Assembly: GCF_006345805.1 (NCBI RefSeq)
Contig: NC_043024.1
Span: forward strand, 12,958,001-13,022,000
Source of the DNA: Octopus sinensis
Taxonomy: Eukaryota
Direction: 5' to 3'
DNA length: 64,000 bases
Part shown: positions 13,292-26,444 of the stretch, piece after piece
Layout of the letters: each line of letters opens with the position of its first letter
How positions within the stretch are numbered: position 1 is the stretch's first letter
The notes under the pieces: model-generated
Told to the model about the DNA's origin: nothing
Seen by the model: the letters and a program-made list of their open reading frames with translations, nothing else
Database searches by the model: none
Translations under genes and position numbers: made by a program

Positions 13292-15229
13292 GCCTATAAC
13301 TGTTGCATTGAGTGGTCTTTTAAATCACTATTTTGATCTACATTTTATATATATATTACTCATTTTCTATGTATTATAAAGGTAAATCTATCTATCTATC
13401 TATCTATCTATCTAACTTTCTCTCTGTGTATGTAGTTGCCTTTTTCTAGTTCTATATACACGAAGATATAAACACTCACAAATACGCGCACGAATTTCAT
13501 ATTTCTCAGAGAAACATTATACGCCCAATTTTCAGCAAGTATTGTCTTCTGCTCAATGTCCAAATTGGACAAGGCATTTCATTAGATTCCTTTTAATATT
13601 ACTTTTGCCCAAAACACTTCGAAACGAATGGAAGATTCCCTTCAGAACAGCGTCTGTGTTCAGGTGGTTGATATCGGCAGCCTTTGAATGAGATTTCACT
13701 CAAACCTAATATTCCTGAAACACATCATTTTTAATTTTTAATGTATTGGTATGACACACGATACAGGTCCGTATGGCGGAGAAATTCAACGAATAGGGCT
13801 CAGCGATTCAACCAATATATTTACCATAATGTTGGTTCATATTTTACACGAGGTTATTGCAGATTTGGAGGGAGATTATTCAATTTCCTAGAGAATTGCT
13901 GTGAAATTAGTTGATTTTAAAGGGTTCTTCTTGAATAATATTTAAAGAATGTTTTGTCTCGGTAAAAGCATGATTGTGCTTCATAAATTTCTGATAAATG
14001 GCCGATCTGAACAGATTCGGCTCTCCGCCTTGGTGACTCTGCGTTTTGATTTTGGTACTCTATGTAGCTACACGTAAGTGACTTGTTATTATTGGCCACT
14101 ATCCTATGAAATATCTCTACATTAGATCAGACACAACACAAATTATTAACTAAGAAACTATTTAAATCGCCAAGTGTATTTACCTAAAGGCATTTATGGA
14201 CGCCTCGAATCTGAATGCAAAGAAGTCGTATGTATGTGTATGTATATATGTATGTATGTATGTAGGTAGGTATGTTATGTATGTATGTCATTATTCAGTT
14301 TACTGCAAGATTCCTTGCCAATAAAGAAGCGGGTTCCAAGCTAGATCCTAGAATCCTTCAGTGGAATTTCAACATCAACAACGGAGTATTTTTGTATGTA
14401 TGTATGTATATATGTACACGATGGACATCTTTCCGCTTCTGTCTGCCAAATTTACTCACACGTCGTTGGATGGCCCGAGGATATATTGGAAAACATTTGC
14501 TCAAGGAGGAACGCAGTGGGACAGAAACCAGGAACCATGCGGGTGCATACATCCACACACACATATCTGTGTGTGTGGATGTATGCACATGTATAATGCA
14601 TATATATGTATATATACAATATATATGTATGTATATGTATATACAATATATATGTATATAGATCCACTATATATATGTCTATGCATATATATGTGTGTGT
14701 GCATGTGTGTATGTATGTATATGTGTGCGTGTGTGTGTGTGCTTGTGTGTATGTATATAAGAAGAACACAAATGAGTTAAAATTTCACAAGAGCTTTCAC
14801 GGTCGCGTTTATATTAATGAATTACTGCTGCTAATTCACCGTCCCCGAAAACCGAAAGTGAAAATTGACGTCGATGGTATTCGAAATCAGACTTGCAGAG
14901 TGTCGAAACAAATAACTCGAGGTAGACGACCTGGCGTTTTAAAAATTCTTACAGTTCACCTTATTAATTATTCAAACTTAGTAGTCAGAGAAATACCGGA
15001 TCTGAATGATTCCTTGATTGGCTCTAATTAGCAGACATTGTCCTCCAATGTTTATATCTAGCGTTTCCTTCTAATTTCATTTTCTTCATTTTATTTCACT
15101 GTACACCCTCCCCTCCTTTACAACCTGCCCAACACCTCTTTACTTGTTGCCCTTTGCCGTCGTCATCGTAGTCGTCATCATCGTCATGTTGAAGCTAGTA
15201 CACGCTAATTTAATCAGCAGGAATGTTGT

Positions 15230-15640
15230 CGTGAGGGTTGGTGACAACAAGTCTCCTCAAATCTAAAAAACTCCTTCCTTAGAACTCTTGCAGAACATAG
15301 AATGGCAATTTTCCGCAGATCGAGAATACCAGTTTCAGTTCCATTCTCTTTCTGACTCTTGGGCAGCACATTGGCTGTTGTTTTTAAACGCTTCAGTTAT
15401 CACAAGAGTATCCGATTCCTTAGTTTTCCACAATTGCCCCACTTCTCTGGCGAAATATTCCTCACTTGTTTCTTTGTTATTACAGTATTTTGCTTAGTCT
15501 ATGATCTTACACTCTTTATTTCGTCCGTGGTCTTCTTGCTTCAACAGTATGGTCAATCTTTATGTGGAAATCCCAGAAGATCCTGTAAGTCTCATTCTCT
15601 GTCATAGGCTGTGGTTCATATTCACCCACTTACCTATTAT
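15230..15640 (-). mobile_element. R4/Dong-type LINE relic, REL endonuclease C-terminus
   Basis: Minus strand reads YEPQPMTENETYRIFWDFHIKIDHTVEARRP...ECKIID and DLRKIAILCSARVLRK. Confidence 0.8.
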
Positions 15641-15899
15641 TTCGAACTCACACACTCAGTCTTTCTTATTTGTCATCCATGTTGGCCTTTGTGTCCAATA
15701 AAAATAAATAAATAAATAACAATAATAATAATAATAATTATTATTATTATTATAGTCTTTCATCTTTTCTGTGTCGATAAAATAAAGCACCTGTGAAGTA
15801 CTGTGGCCGATGTACTCGGTTAACTCTCTCCCATCAAAATTGGTGACATTCTGCAGAATTTGAACTCCTCCTCGTTGTCCTCCTCCTCCCACAATCATC

Positions 15900-16370
15900 A
15901 TCACCAATCATTACAAAGTTATTCAATGCTTTATTAGCATCTCATGTCGGTGTCCAGTGACTGCAAGTATCTTCAAACTCACGAAACCTTACTTAGGATG
16001 TTTGCAGAATAAAAGATGGCGCTTTCATGCCGGTCGACAATGCCAGTCTTAATTACAATATCCTTAGCTGTTCCAGTGTTGTACTAATTGCAACAATTAT
16101 TAAGGAAATAATTAACATCTTAGATTTCCACACTTTCTTCCTATGTTCGGGCAGGCCCTGCTATTTCTCAATTTTTTGAATTTCTTTTGTTACCAATCTG
16201 TTAATATATAGTAATACAAATTCTGCCATCTTACACTGTTTGTTTCTTTTGTTCTCTATAATTATATCTGGCCTCCTTGCTTCAGTAAGTATGGTCAACC
16301 TGCATGGACAGTTCAAGATTTGGACTATTGGACACCATTATTGTGTTCTCCCTTATATATTCACCCAAAG
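15900..16370 (-). mobile_element. Second R4/Dong-type REL C-terminal relic
   Basis: Minus strand reads EARRPDIIIENKRNKQCKMAE...KEIQKIEK*Q...VWKSK. Confidence 0.75.
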
Positions 16371-16984
16371 AACCTAGGCTGAAAACGGATGTATTTCACT
16401 CATATATCTAGCAGATCGAGGCAGCATTAGAATCAGTCTCTATAGCATATATGAGATGACGGCGCGCACTCACACAGACCCTCACACACACACACAGAGT
16501 GTGGTTACACGATACGAAACAAAATCAATTCCGACATATTGGCTGCTTGTCCGACACATTTTTCCTAGTATCGTGATATCTTCAACAGTGCAGACCTAAC
16601 TGCTGAATGATAAACATCTGGCAGAATGATGAAATAAATCGAAGCAATATTCTCGATTCTTCTTTAGATCAGAACAATTGCGAAGTTGCTAGATGCGCTA
16701 TCTGTTTTTAATCATTACTATTGCAGAAATTAATTCACAATTCGCCACTTCAGCAGAGGCGTCTTGTACAAAAGTCTAATTTATTAGCGATTCTAAGTTT
16801 CGGTATTTTGGGCTTTTTTATTGTTCTTCATTTCAATCTTGATATCGCAGAGTTCCGTGCACAAGAGGCGCTTTTGCTGACATTTGAACTGAAAGCTAAA
16901 TAAAAATATAAAAAACAAAAGGAAAAATAAAAGAAAAATAGAAAAAAGAGATGAACAGAAACAATGTTACTGTGCATACTAATA

Positions 16985-17168
16985 TTTAGAATATATAAAA
17001 TAATATATATACATACAGACATATGTGTATACATATATAAAATAAAATATATACACACAGACATATATATATATATATATATACACATATATAAAATAAT
17101 ATATATACACACAGACATATATATATATATATATACACATATACAAAATAATATATATACACACAGAC

Positions 17169-17204
<36 letters not shown>

Positions 17205-17215
17205 GTATATATATA
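16985..17215. repeat. AT-rich minisatellite of about 50-60 bp, about 4 copies
   Basis: Repeated ATAAAATAATATATATACACACAGACATAT units. Confidence 0.75.
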
Positions 17216-17585
17216 TATTAATACACACACATGGATATTTATATAATATGAGTGTAAGTATGTGTGTGTGTGTGTTTGTAGTATGTAAATTTATACTGCA
17301 ATAGAATTTTTAAAAAAGTGTGCAGTATACCTTCCTGTAGGTGTGCGTACATGCTACTTACGTATACGCATATGTACAGAAATACGTCACACTTATGCAC
17401 ACATACACACATGCCAGCACCCAACCCACATGTATATATATATATGTATATATATTTATATGTATATACATATATATATATGCGTATATACATAAATATA
17501 TTTACAAATAATAGTATATAAAACTACATATATAAATATATACGATATGCACACATGTATATACACCGAGAAAGACAAGTACGCT

Positions 17586-17627
<42 letters not shown>

Positions 17628-18068
17628 AATATATATACTGCACGTGTGTTTGCGTACGCGTGTGTGTGCCCGTATAATTGGAAATTAAGAGAGAATTAAT
17701 GAGCTAATTTATCAATACACGGATGGTTGTTTCTTAAAGTGGAACTAAAAATAAGATAAACAATATATATAACAATGCTTAAATGTACAAGTAGAGCATC
17801 TCTTGTCTTTTTCTCCCTCCTTATTTCACTGTGTTGGCAGAGAAGGCGGTGGACGATCGCGAAACGTTCGTTGAAAGAAAGAGGACAAAAAACAAAAACA
17901 AAATGCAGGCGCTATTCGCATACTTAATTTCACTTAAGAATGGAAGTAAATGGCTTACATGCGCGCGCACATACACACACACACACACTAAACAAACATA
18001 TACGGATACATGTATTTAAGTATATACATATATATATAGATCATGTATACTCATACGCGCGCACACAT

Positions 18069-18102
<34 letters not shown>

Positions 18103-18380
18103 TAGATACGGGCATACACGTATTCATATGTACATATATATATATATATATATACTTATATATATACCTATATATGTTTATATACACATACACGCACTCA
18201 TATATATATATTTGTTGGCACTATATATGGCTATGCATATATATCTGTACATATATATGTATGTATATATATGTGTGTGTGTATATGTCTGTATATATAT
18301 ATATATACAGATATACATATACACACACACCACACACACACACATATATATGCATAGATATATATGTGTGTGTGTATATG

Positions 18381-18475
<95 letters not shown>

Positions 18476-19399
18476 GCACAGATATATGCATAGCTATACA
18501 TAGTTCCAACAGTTGCGCACTTATACACACAAACGCATTCGTCCGCGCACGCACTCTTCTATTTCAAATGGTTTTTCTTTTTACCATTTTCTTGTCGGTT
18601 TCTCGGTGAATCCGATTCTTCCTTCCTTATCTTTTCTTTCGTGCATCTCGTTTCACACCACCAAATATCAGCAAATTCATAATTATCAGCCATCATCATC
18701 ACCATCACCATGATGATCATCATCACCATCACCATCATCATCATCATTATTATCATCATCATCTTCATCATCATCATCACTGTAATTACCACGAAAATCG
18801 TCATCATCATCAGCAACATCAACAGCAGCAACTTCATTACAGTACCGAAATGACAGTGAACATAAACCACTCCATTTGCCCCCCCCCACCTCAGCATTAT
18901 ACAGACATTTTCTTTTGTAAACACTCTCCGTTTACGTCATTGTTTTTCATGTGTCACTGGAGAAGAAAACTAACCCATGTCGTGATCAGAACACCATTTT
19001 AAGGATTCTGTCTCTTTATTATCCTGATATTCCTTATTTTTATTTTCCTCTCAACCTTAATGGTCTCAAATTCTCTACGTTTTTGCATCACCAGCACTTA
19101 ATACTCTCCAACGATTATCCTTCCGCTTTTGTTCAACTTTGATGCTGCTTCTTCTATCATCCCACACAGTAAAAGCATTAAAAAATTAATAACTAAATAA
19201 AGTTTCTTTCGAATTTCTGCCAACCAAATCGACTCAGAAAACTATGGCCAGCCCGTAGCTGTAGTAGAGGACACTGGCCCAAGGCACCTTAGGCCAAGTG
19301 GCTTGCACAATAGCCTTGGGTCGACGAAAGCCTTGTGATTGTATCTGCTAGACGGACACTGAAAGAAAAGCTTCACCCCACCCATTGCCTATGTATATC

Positions 19400-19745
19400 A
19401 TTTATCTTCTGCTTGTTTCAGTCATTTGATCGCGGCCATGAAGGGAATTCGTCGAACCAATTTTTAAATCCTAGTACTTATTTTATTGTTCTCTCTTGCC
19501 GAACCGCGAGGTTACAAGGACGTGAACATACTAACACCGGTTGTCAGGCTGTAGTAGACTACAAACACGGACACAAAGACGCGCAAACATAGATATGTAT
19601 ATCTATAGATGTACATACGACGGTCTTCTTTCAGTTTCCCCCAGGAAAATCCACTCACAAGGATTTGGTCGGCCCTTTGCCATAGACACTTAGACGCAAG
19701 GTACCACTTAGTAAGACTCGACTAGGAACGATGTGGCTGTGTGTA
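19400..19745 (-). mobile_element. SINE family B, degenerate
   Basis: TTTCAGTCATTTGATCGCGGCCATG...CTTTCAGTTTCC...AATCCACTCACAAGG. Confidence 0.7.
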
Positions 19746-20312
19746 TGTGTCTTTTCTTTGTCTGAGACATCGTCAGGCCCTTATATAACAACAAAATCTG
19801 TGAAAAGAACGTTTATCTAATGCAGAACCGCTGGCGTAGACTGCTACAAGTCTCTACGCCTTGTTTTTACACACACACAGACACACACACACACACACAC
19901 ACACACCTTTGTATCCAGGTGCATACAAGCACATACTCTCACTGCATTTCATTGCTTTTAATATATGCAGAAATCCTAAGATTCTTTTCTGACTTTGCTG
20001 CTAACTAATGTTTGCTTATTTATGAAATAAACTATAATATATTCGCACTCTTGTATTGACAGCTCAGAGGCTGACTGTATTCGCTATTAATACACGACAA
20101 ATATCGTTTAGACTCCGTTTTGGCTATGATCACATAAATGATAAATATGGCTGCTTTGAAAGATTGCTGAGGCAGCGAGTTTGAAAGTAGGACAATATAT
20201 AATTATTTACATGTTGGGATATGTGCGTACATACACACATGCATACATACATGCAAGCATACATGCATGCATAGATATATACACATATGCACATACACTT
20301 GCATACATGCAC

Positions 20313-20353
<41 letters not shown>

Positions 20354-21828
20354 CATACATACATACATATATACATATATATACACACACATAATCCATA
20401 TATTTAAGTACATATTTATACGCGTTATATTTGCTTTCATAAACGTAATACATAAGTGCATATTACATAAATGCATGCGCACAAATACACATAGTTTCAT
20501 ACACATATATATACATATACACACACACATACAAGATTTATATTTGGAATATATCTCTTCTGTTATGCAGATATATTTAATTAAACGCATGGAAAGCTTT
20601 TTATTATCGGTGGAAGGTTCTTAATGAATAACCGATATATTAGAACACGCTCACGTGATATTATTCTTACTGTAAGGCAGAATGATGGAATATATGTTCA
20701 GGGTCCATTTTTGCAATTACCAGCAGCCATTGTCATTGGCAGAGGCCATTTTGTCATTTTGTATTAGCATAAATCAATCTCATTCATTAGTTAAAAAGAA
20801 GGCGCCAGGTTAATCCTTCAACAGTACTAGAAATTGACGCTAAATCTTCTCACGTCACTCAGTAGCGTCTTTAATATTTAATAACACGCTGAGAAATGGA
20901 GTCGGATATATACTGAGAGACGGATTGGTGTGACCAGATCACTTTCAATCGAACCATTGTTCGCTCAAAGCTGACCTGGGATTCGAATAAAGGACAACAA
21001 CAACAACATGAATTGAAAATAAGAGAAAAATCAGTGTGAGTCGAGTCAAAATGGCCTCCTCTACTGGTCTTTTGACTCGCTAGAAATAGTAACTAAATAT
21101 CTCTGTTTTTAATCTGTCTTGGAAATGAAAAAGAAATTGATGATAATGGTGCTCTATGACATCAGATCTGGGGTTAAACAGCCTCACAAACAACAACAAC
21201 AACATTTGAGGTTAAGTACTTTTAGCGAAGTGAAGAAGGCGGTTTGTCCGAAACGTTAGTATACCGCAGAAAAAATGCTTGACAGGTTTTCTTGCTGTAT
21301 TCGGTTCTTAGTTCAAAAGCCGCCGAGGTTGACTGACATTTATCGTTTCGGGGTTGATAAAACGTGTAACAGCTGAGTACTAGGGTCGATGCAATCGACT
21401 TATTCACCCCCCACAAAAGCTGGCCATTCGCTTAAAATCGAAACCATTACAAGCGAAGTGAATATGCGTATCTCTGGATTTGATTCGATAGAAAGACGAC
21501 AATTCGAGAATATTTACAACTGAAAGGCAAGAAGTAGAGTCGTTACTAAAGTGACAGAGGGTGCTAATCAGCACCAGACTTGCTAGAAATAACAGTCAAA
21601 AGAACTCTTAGCCACGTGAGAGCACTTTCCTTACGACTGACAAGGGAAACCATCTCCTTAGGCAAACGAGATGGAATCATAGCTCTTATTTCATATTTGA
21701 TAAATCTTCTTCAGTGACCCCTTACTACGTTGCCTGGGGTTAAAAACATAACTTACCTTGTCAGTGTTTTGAGAACACCATAGAAAAGAGTTCTATATTT
21801 AAGAGATGAGGAATTAATTTCATTTGAC

Positions 21829-21899
21829 GGATATTTGTCCTCATCTTATTTGTTGTTAACACATATGCTAACGAGTCTGATTCTAGGCAATAGCCTGAA

Positions 21900-21944
<45 letters not shown>

Positions 21945-22185
21945 TACTACTATTTCTACTACAACTATTACTACTACTACTACTACTACTACTATTTCTA
22001 CTACAACTATTACTACTACTACTACTACTACTACTACAAATAATAATAATAACAATAATAATATCACAAGTTACTTTAGGAATGAGAATCCACGTTCGAG
22101 ATTTCCCCAAGACCTGATGAAGGCTTGGAGGGTATATCAGGCGAAACGTTGTGTTAACAACGAAGAAGGATGAGGAGAAATATCC
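21829..22185 (+). mobile_element. Penelope-like fold-back element with hammerhead motif, enclosing an (ACT)n tract
   Basis: Arms 21829-21863 and 22150-22185 are inverted and about 85% identical. CTGATGA at 22114-22120 and GAAACGTT at 22143-22150. Confidence 0.65.
22109..22155 (+). ncRNA. Minimal type I hammerhead-like motif with canonical CUGAUGA core
   Basis: AAGAC-CUGAUGA-A-GGCU...AGGC-GAA-ACGU-U-GUGUU. Helices I and II each contain a G.G mismatch. Confidence 0.55.
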
Positions 22186-22189
22186 CACA

Positions 22190-22607
22190 CATAATAATCA
22201 GGGGGTGGGTTAAAGTTTGAGGAGTTAGGTGGCCAGATGTTAGGGGTGATGTGGTTGCAGAAATTGTCTGACAGCCATGACTGGTTTCTCCTGCTTGTGT
22301 GGCATGATGCAAAGTCCTGTTGCCAAACATAGAATCTTCTAGCAACCACCCTCTTCACTCAAGGCATTACTACCTCCTCCTGGCACTCGTTGTACGCCTC
22401 TCTGTTGAGTGTGAGGCCATGTGGGAAAATGAATGAAGGCATAACGTGGCCATCACTAGTGATCACTTCAAATGTTTGATTTTTATCACTCTCGGTACAT
22501 CTCAAAATGATGCCCGACCACCCTGAAATGTTGCTACTGGAGATTCCTGCTCGAATGCCAAGCAATACAGCACGTCATTGCCAAATATCTGACATGGTAT
22601 TGTTTGT
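22190..22607 (-). mobile_element. Tc1/mariner (maT/DD37D-like) transposase relic
   Basis: VITSDGHVMPSFIFPHGL, YVWQQDFASCHTSRRNQSWL and IWPPNSSNFNPPPDYYVW. Confidence 0.85.
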
Positions 22608-22611
22608 CTCT

Positions 22612-23040
22612 AAGGTGAGGAGCTGGCAGAATCTTTAGCACGCTGGGCGAAATGCATAGCAGTATTTCGTCTGCCGTTACGTTCTGAGTTCAAATTCCGC
22701 CGAGGTCGACTTTGCCTTTCAACCTTTCGGGGTCGATAAATAAAGTACCAGTTACGCACTGGGGTGAATGTAATCGACTTAATCCCTTTGTCTGTCCTTG
22801 TTTGTCCCCTCTGTCTTTAGCCCCTTGTGGGTAGTTAAGAAATAGAAATAGGTATTTCGTCTGCCGTTACGTTCTGAGTTCAAATTCCGCCGAGGTCGAC
22901 TTTGCCTTTCATCCTTTCGGGGTCGATAAATAAGGCACCAGTTACGCACTGGGGTCAATGTAATCGACTTAATCCCTTTGTCTGTCCTTGTTTGTCTCCT
23001 CTGTGTTTAGCCCCTTGTGGGTAGTAAAGAAATAGGTATT
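22612..23040 (+). mobile_element. SINE family A head-to-tail array (one headed copy, one headless unit and a stub)
   Basis: GAGCTGGCAGAA head and GAGTTCAAATTCC B box. A unit of about 180 bp repeats with junction GAAATAG|GTATT. Confidence 0.9.
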
Positions 23041-23521
23041 GTTTGTCTCTCAAACCGTGCTCAACTAATTCGATTGTACTGCGCTATCGACAAAATCAAA
23101 AGCAAAATGCGCACACGTGAAATTAAAAATATAAAATGTCGACAATATAACCATCGCACCCTGTGTGTGTGTGTGTGTGTGTATGCATGTAATCATAGAG
23201 AGAGTAACAGGTTATATAGAGGAATATATTCGCCTGTGTATCAGAAAAGCGAGTCGTCTTATGCAGAGAGAGAGAGAAACTTAGCACAGCTTTACTGCAC
23301 CAGCAATATATATAACCAAAATGTGATTTACTATATTTTATTACGTCTCTGCTTTAATTAGTTCTTTGAACTAGGACCTTCGGTTCTGTGTGTATGTGTG
23401 CAACAGTGTATGAGTGTGAACATATGTATAGATGTATGTGTGAGTGTATACATATAAAGTTTATATATATGCATAAATGTAGTTATGCATGCGCATATAT
23501 ATATATATACATATTATATAC

Positions 23522-23553
<32 letters not shown>

Positions 23554-23854
23554 CATAAATATATATGTGGTCGCGAGTGTATATTATAAGTGTGTGGCGA
23601 AGGTGTGTCTTATTCAATCTGCACTGTGAATTATTGACAGCGATCACCAATATATTACCATTCCTTACACTCTACTTGGCATTGGATTTCAATATATTAA
23701 TAACAGCGTCACAGAAACGAGAAGTCCCACACAAATCACACCTACATATATGTACGCACATACACACACGCTTGGGCCCGCATACATTCAATGACACGCA
23801 TTCAATTCAATGAAAATTAGATTATATATTTATATACATACATTATATATCTAC

Positions 23855-23905
<51 letters not shown>

Positions 23906-24149
23906 CAATTTGAAATTCGGTTAACACTAGAAGTGAGACTGCTGATATATACATATTTTATCTCTGCGAAAGTTAAACGATCCTCAAGACCCTCTTTCCT
24001 TCACCAAGACCCTCTTTCCAGTATAGAACCAATCATGATGGTTTAAGTGAAGACCATTGAAAATAGCTGCCCATTATCCCCGAAATCTAATCCTTTTCCT
24101 GCTGCGTTTTATTCTTAAAAGGGAACCATTTGTTTATTTTATCTAAGTC

Positions 24150-24350
24150 CTATATATTGGTAGTGTACCTGAAAGTGCCTGAGAGTGTACCTGAGGATGC
24201 CTGAGAGTACCATAGCCAACCTATGTACCTTTTTGATGTCTCAGCTCTAACAACTCTCTCTATATTTGGATATAATTGCTCATGGATTATGTTATCTTTT
24301 GTTACAATCCATGGCAATGGGTTGCACATATGTCTCCGGTGTATATCTAT
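24150..24350 (-). pseudogene. Possible GIY-YIG endonuclease relic (Penelope-like)
   Basis: CNPLPWIVTKDNIIH...KRYIG...GTFRY resembles the PLE Cys-NxIY-YIG-TFKxRY pattern, but the spacing is atypical. Confidence 0.3.
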
Positions 24351-25274
24351 CGCGGAGAAAATGTAGTTCTTGGAAAGTCTAAAAAAACCACTATAGATGA
24401 AACTGAAGTGTAAATGCACCGTTGCAGTTGAAACAGGTGTAAATATCTCACCTCTTTCTCTTCTTACAAAGGAAACTAATGTGGATTCACCTGATATATT
24501 TCATCGTCTGTCGACGATTCAACTAAGGACAAATATGACCTAATTTCTCTGTCCACGAAGAGAACATTGGGCATATCACTATTTATATCACTCACAAACC
24601 GGAACTTAGCTGCAATTGCGAAATATGTTGAAGATGCGTTTATCAACAGCGTGATTATGGAATCACCGAATATTTACGTACATCACATCTTACATTAGAA
24701 AGCTAAGATTTGAAGTAGTTAAAGTAGGGTTTTCGAAGCATTTCACAGAAGAACTCTTAACGTAATGGTTTTCAAACAGTGTGCAGCGGCACACTAGTGA
24801 ATATGATAAGGCGTGCCTTTTCAGATGTGCCATGAAACAATTTCACGGCGCACCTGAAGAGCTACGGAAATACGGGAAGCAAAGGCGGGTATCTCTGTTT
24901 AGGGCATATCCAAAAGCTAAACTAACTGACAGAAAAGTTTAAAATACGATGGTCATAAGTCGTGCATCTGTTGTTAAATTTTGATTTGTTCAATATACAG
25001 GAAAAGAACTAAATTTAGTTAAGATCTGATGAATATCCTTAAAACATATTTTACATTTTGTGTCGTTCAAAACAAATGTAATGGACGTGATTGCTAATAG
25101 TCATTTTATGTAAATTTATGTTAAATTCCATTCCATATATGGTAACGACCGATACGAATGAACAATTGCTGCAACTAATTACCGCATTTAGGTTGATTTC
25201 GAAAAATAAATGAAAACAAAGCAAATTATTTTCACCGAAGGCTTCATTTACACATCTACAAGACAGAAATTCAT

Positions 25275-25470
25275 TGGTCTCAAATGTTCACACAAGGGCA
25301 GCAATTTTGGCGGAAGAGTTAGTCGACTACATCGACCCCAGTGTGTAACTGGTACTTATTTTATCAACTTCAAAAGGATGAAAGGCAATGTCGACTTCGA
25401 CAGAATTTGAACTCAAAACATAAAGTCAGACGAAAGGCCTCTAAGCATTTTGCCGAGAAGGCAACCATTC
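25275..25470 (-). mobile_element. SINE family A inserted in the hAT relic
   Basis: GTCGACTACATCGACCCCAGTG...AGGATGAAAGGCAATGTCGAC...GAATTTGAACTC. Confidence 0.8.
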
Positions 25471-26444
25471 TACAGACTTGCTTTGAATAAAATCATGAAG
25501 AGGAAAAAAAATGATTGAAGTGGATGCTAGTCCAAAAGAGAAAATTCCTCAAAAACCAAAAACTGCAGCGCAATAATACCGAAATGACAGATAAAATTGC
25601 GATGATTATTTAAATTTGCATTTCCCTGGACTGGAAACGTTGATCAACCAAGTCAATTATGTATAGTTTGTGGTGAAAAATGTTCACTGAATCTATAGCA
25701 ACGAGTAAATTAAAAAGACATTTTAGTACCAAACATTTGCATCTACAAGAAAGAAACCTGAAATGTATTGAAAATTCTTTGAACGGTGATGGAAACAACG
25801 AAATACTTTGGAGACATTAATGATTTGAAAGGACTGAAACGCTTCAAATGAGATAGCTTCAAGTTAAAGCAATAAACTCGGAAATCTGACACTGTTGGTG
25901 AATCAATCATCCTGCTTGCTTGTAAAAAAGATAACTGACACCATGTTCAGAGAAAAAATCTGGAGGAGATAGTTTGAAAATTCTACTCTTAAACGATGCA
26001 ATACATAAGAGAATTTTAGATTTATTTGAAGATATTGAAAAAAAAGTGCAGAAAAAAAGATCCTTCAGGAATCCAAATTTGTGTGAATACTTGATGAATC
26101 CATTGATATCAGTAGCGGAGCACAGTTATATTCATATATTTTATTTTATTAATGGAGATAGAAATGACCAATCATTTTCGATGTCGTAAAGAAATGCAAA
26201 TAACTGCAAGGATTCGAGATAATTTTGATAATTTAACGGGATATCTGAGAAAATTCAATTTAAACTGGGAATAATGTGTTGCTACTTGCACCGATGGGGC
26301 ACGGGCTAAGAGAGGTGCTATTAAAGGTTTTATATCACTTGTGAGAAAACAAAATCCAAATCTTACTCGTATTTACCTACATATATATATAATATATATA
26401 TATATATTATTATATATATGTACGTGTGTGGTGTGTATATCTAA

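Noticed and set aside
13560-14100. Non-repetitive stretch with short ORFs (for example MANNNKSLTCSY...) as a possible host exon
   Set aside because: No recognisable homology or consistent exon structure.
17845-17880. GCGGT/ATCGC stem followed by GAAACGTT
   Set aside because: The core upstream has at least two non-compensated changes and there is no helix I. At most a relic.
20768-20779. Pbx-Hox-like site (TGATTTATG on the minus strand) in unique sequence
   Set aside because: Expected by chance in 64 kb of AT-rich DNA.
21228-21262. GTGAAGA-A-GGC...GTCC-GAAACGTT hammerhead-like relic
   Set aside because: G3 with G8 is non-complementary and helix I is disrupted. Counted only as possible decay.
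24395-24442. TAGATGA-AACTG...CAGTT-GAAACAGGTGTA hammerhead-like pattern
   Set aside because: Two core changes, no helix I, and antisense to the adjacent putative GIY-YIG relic.
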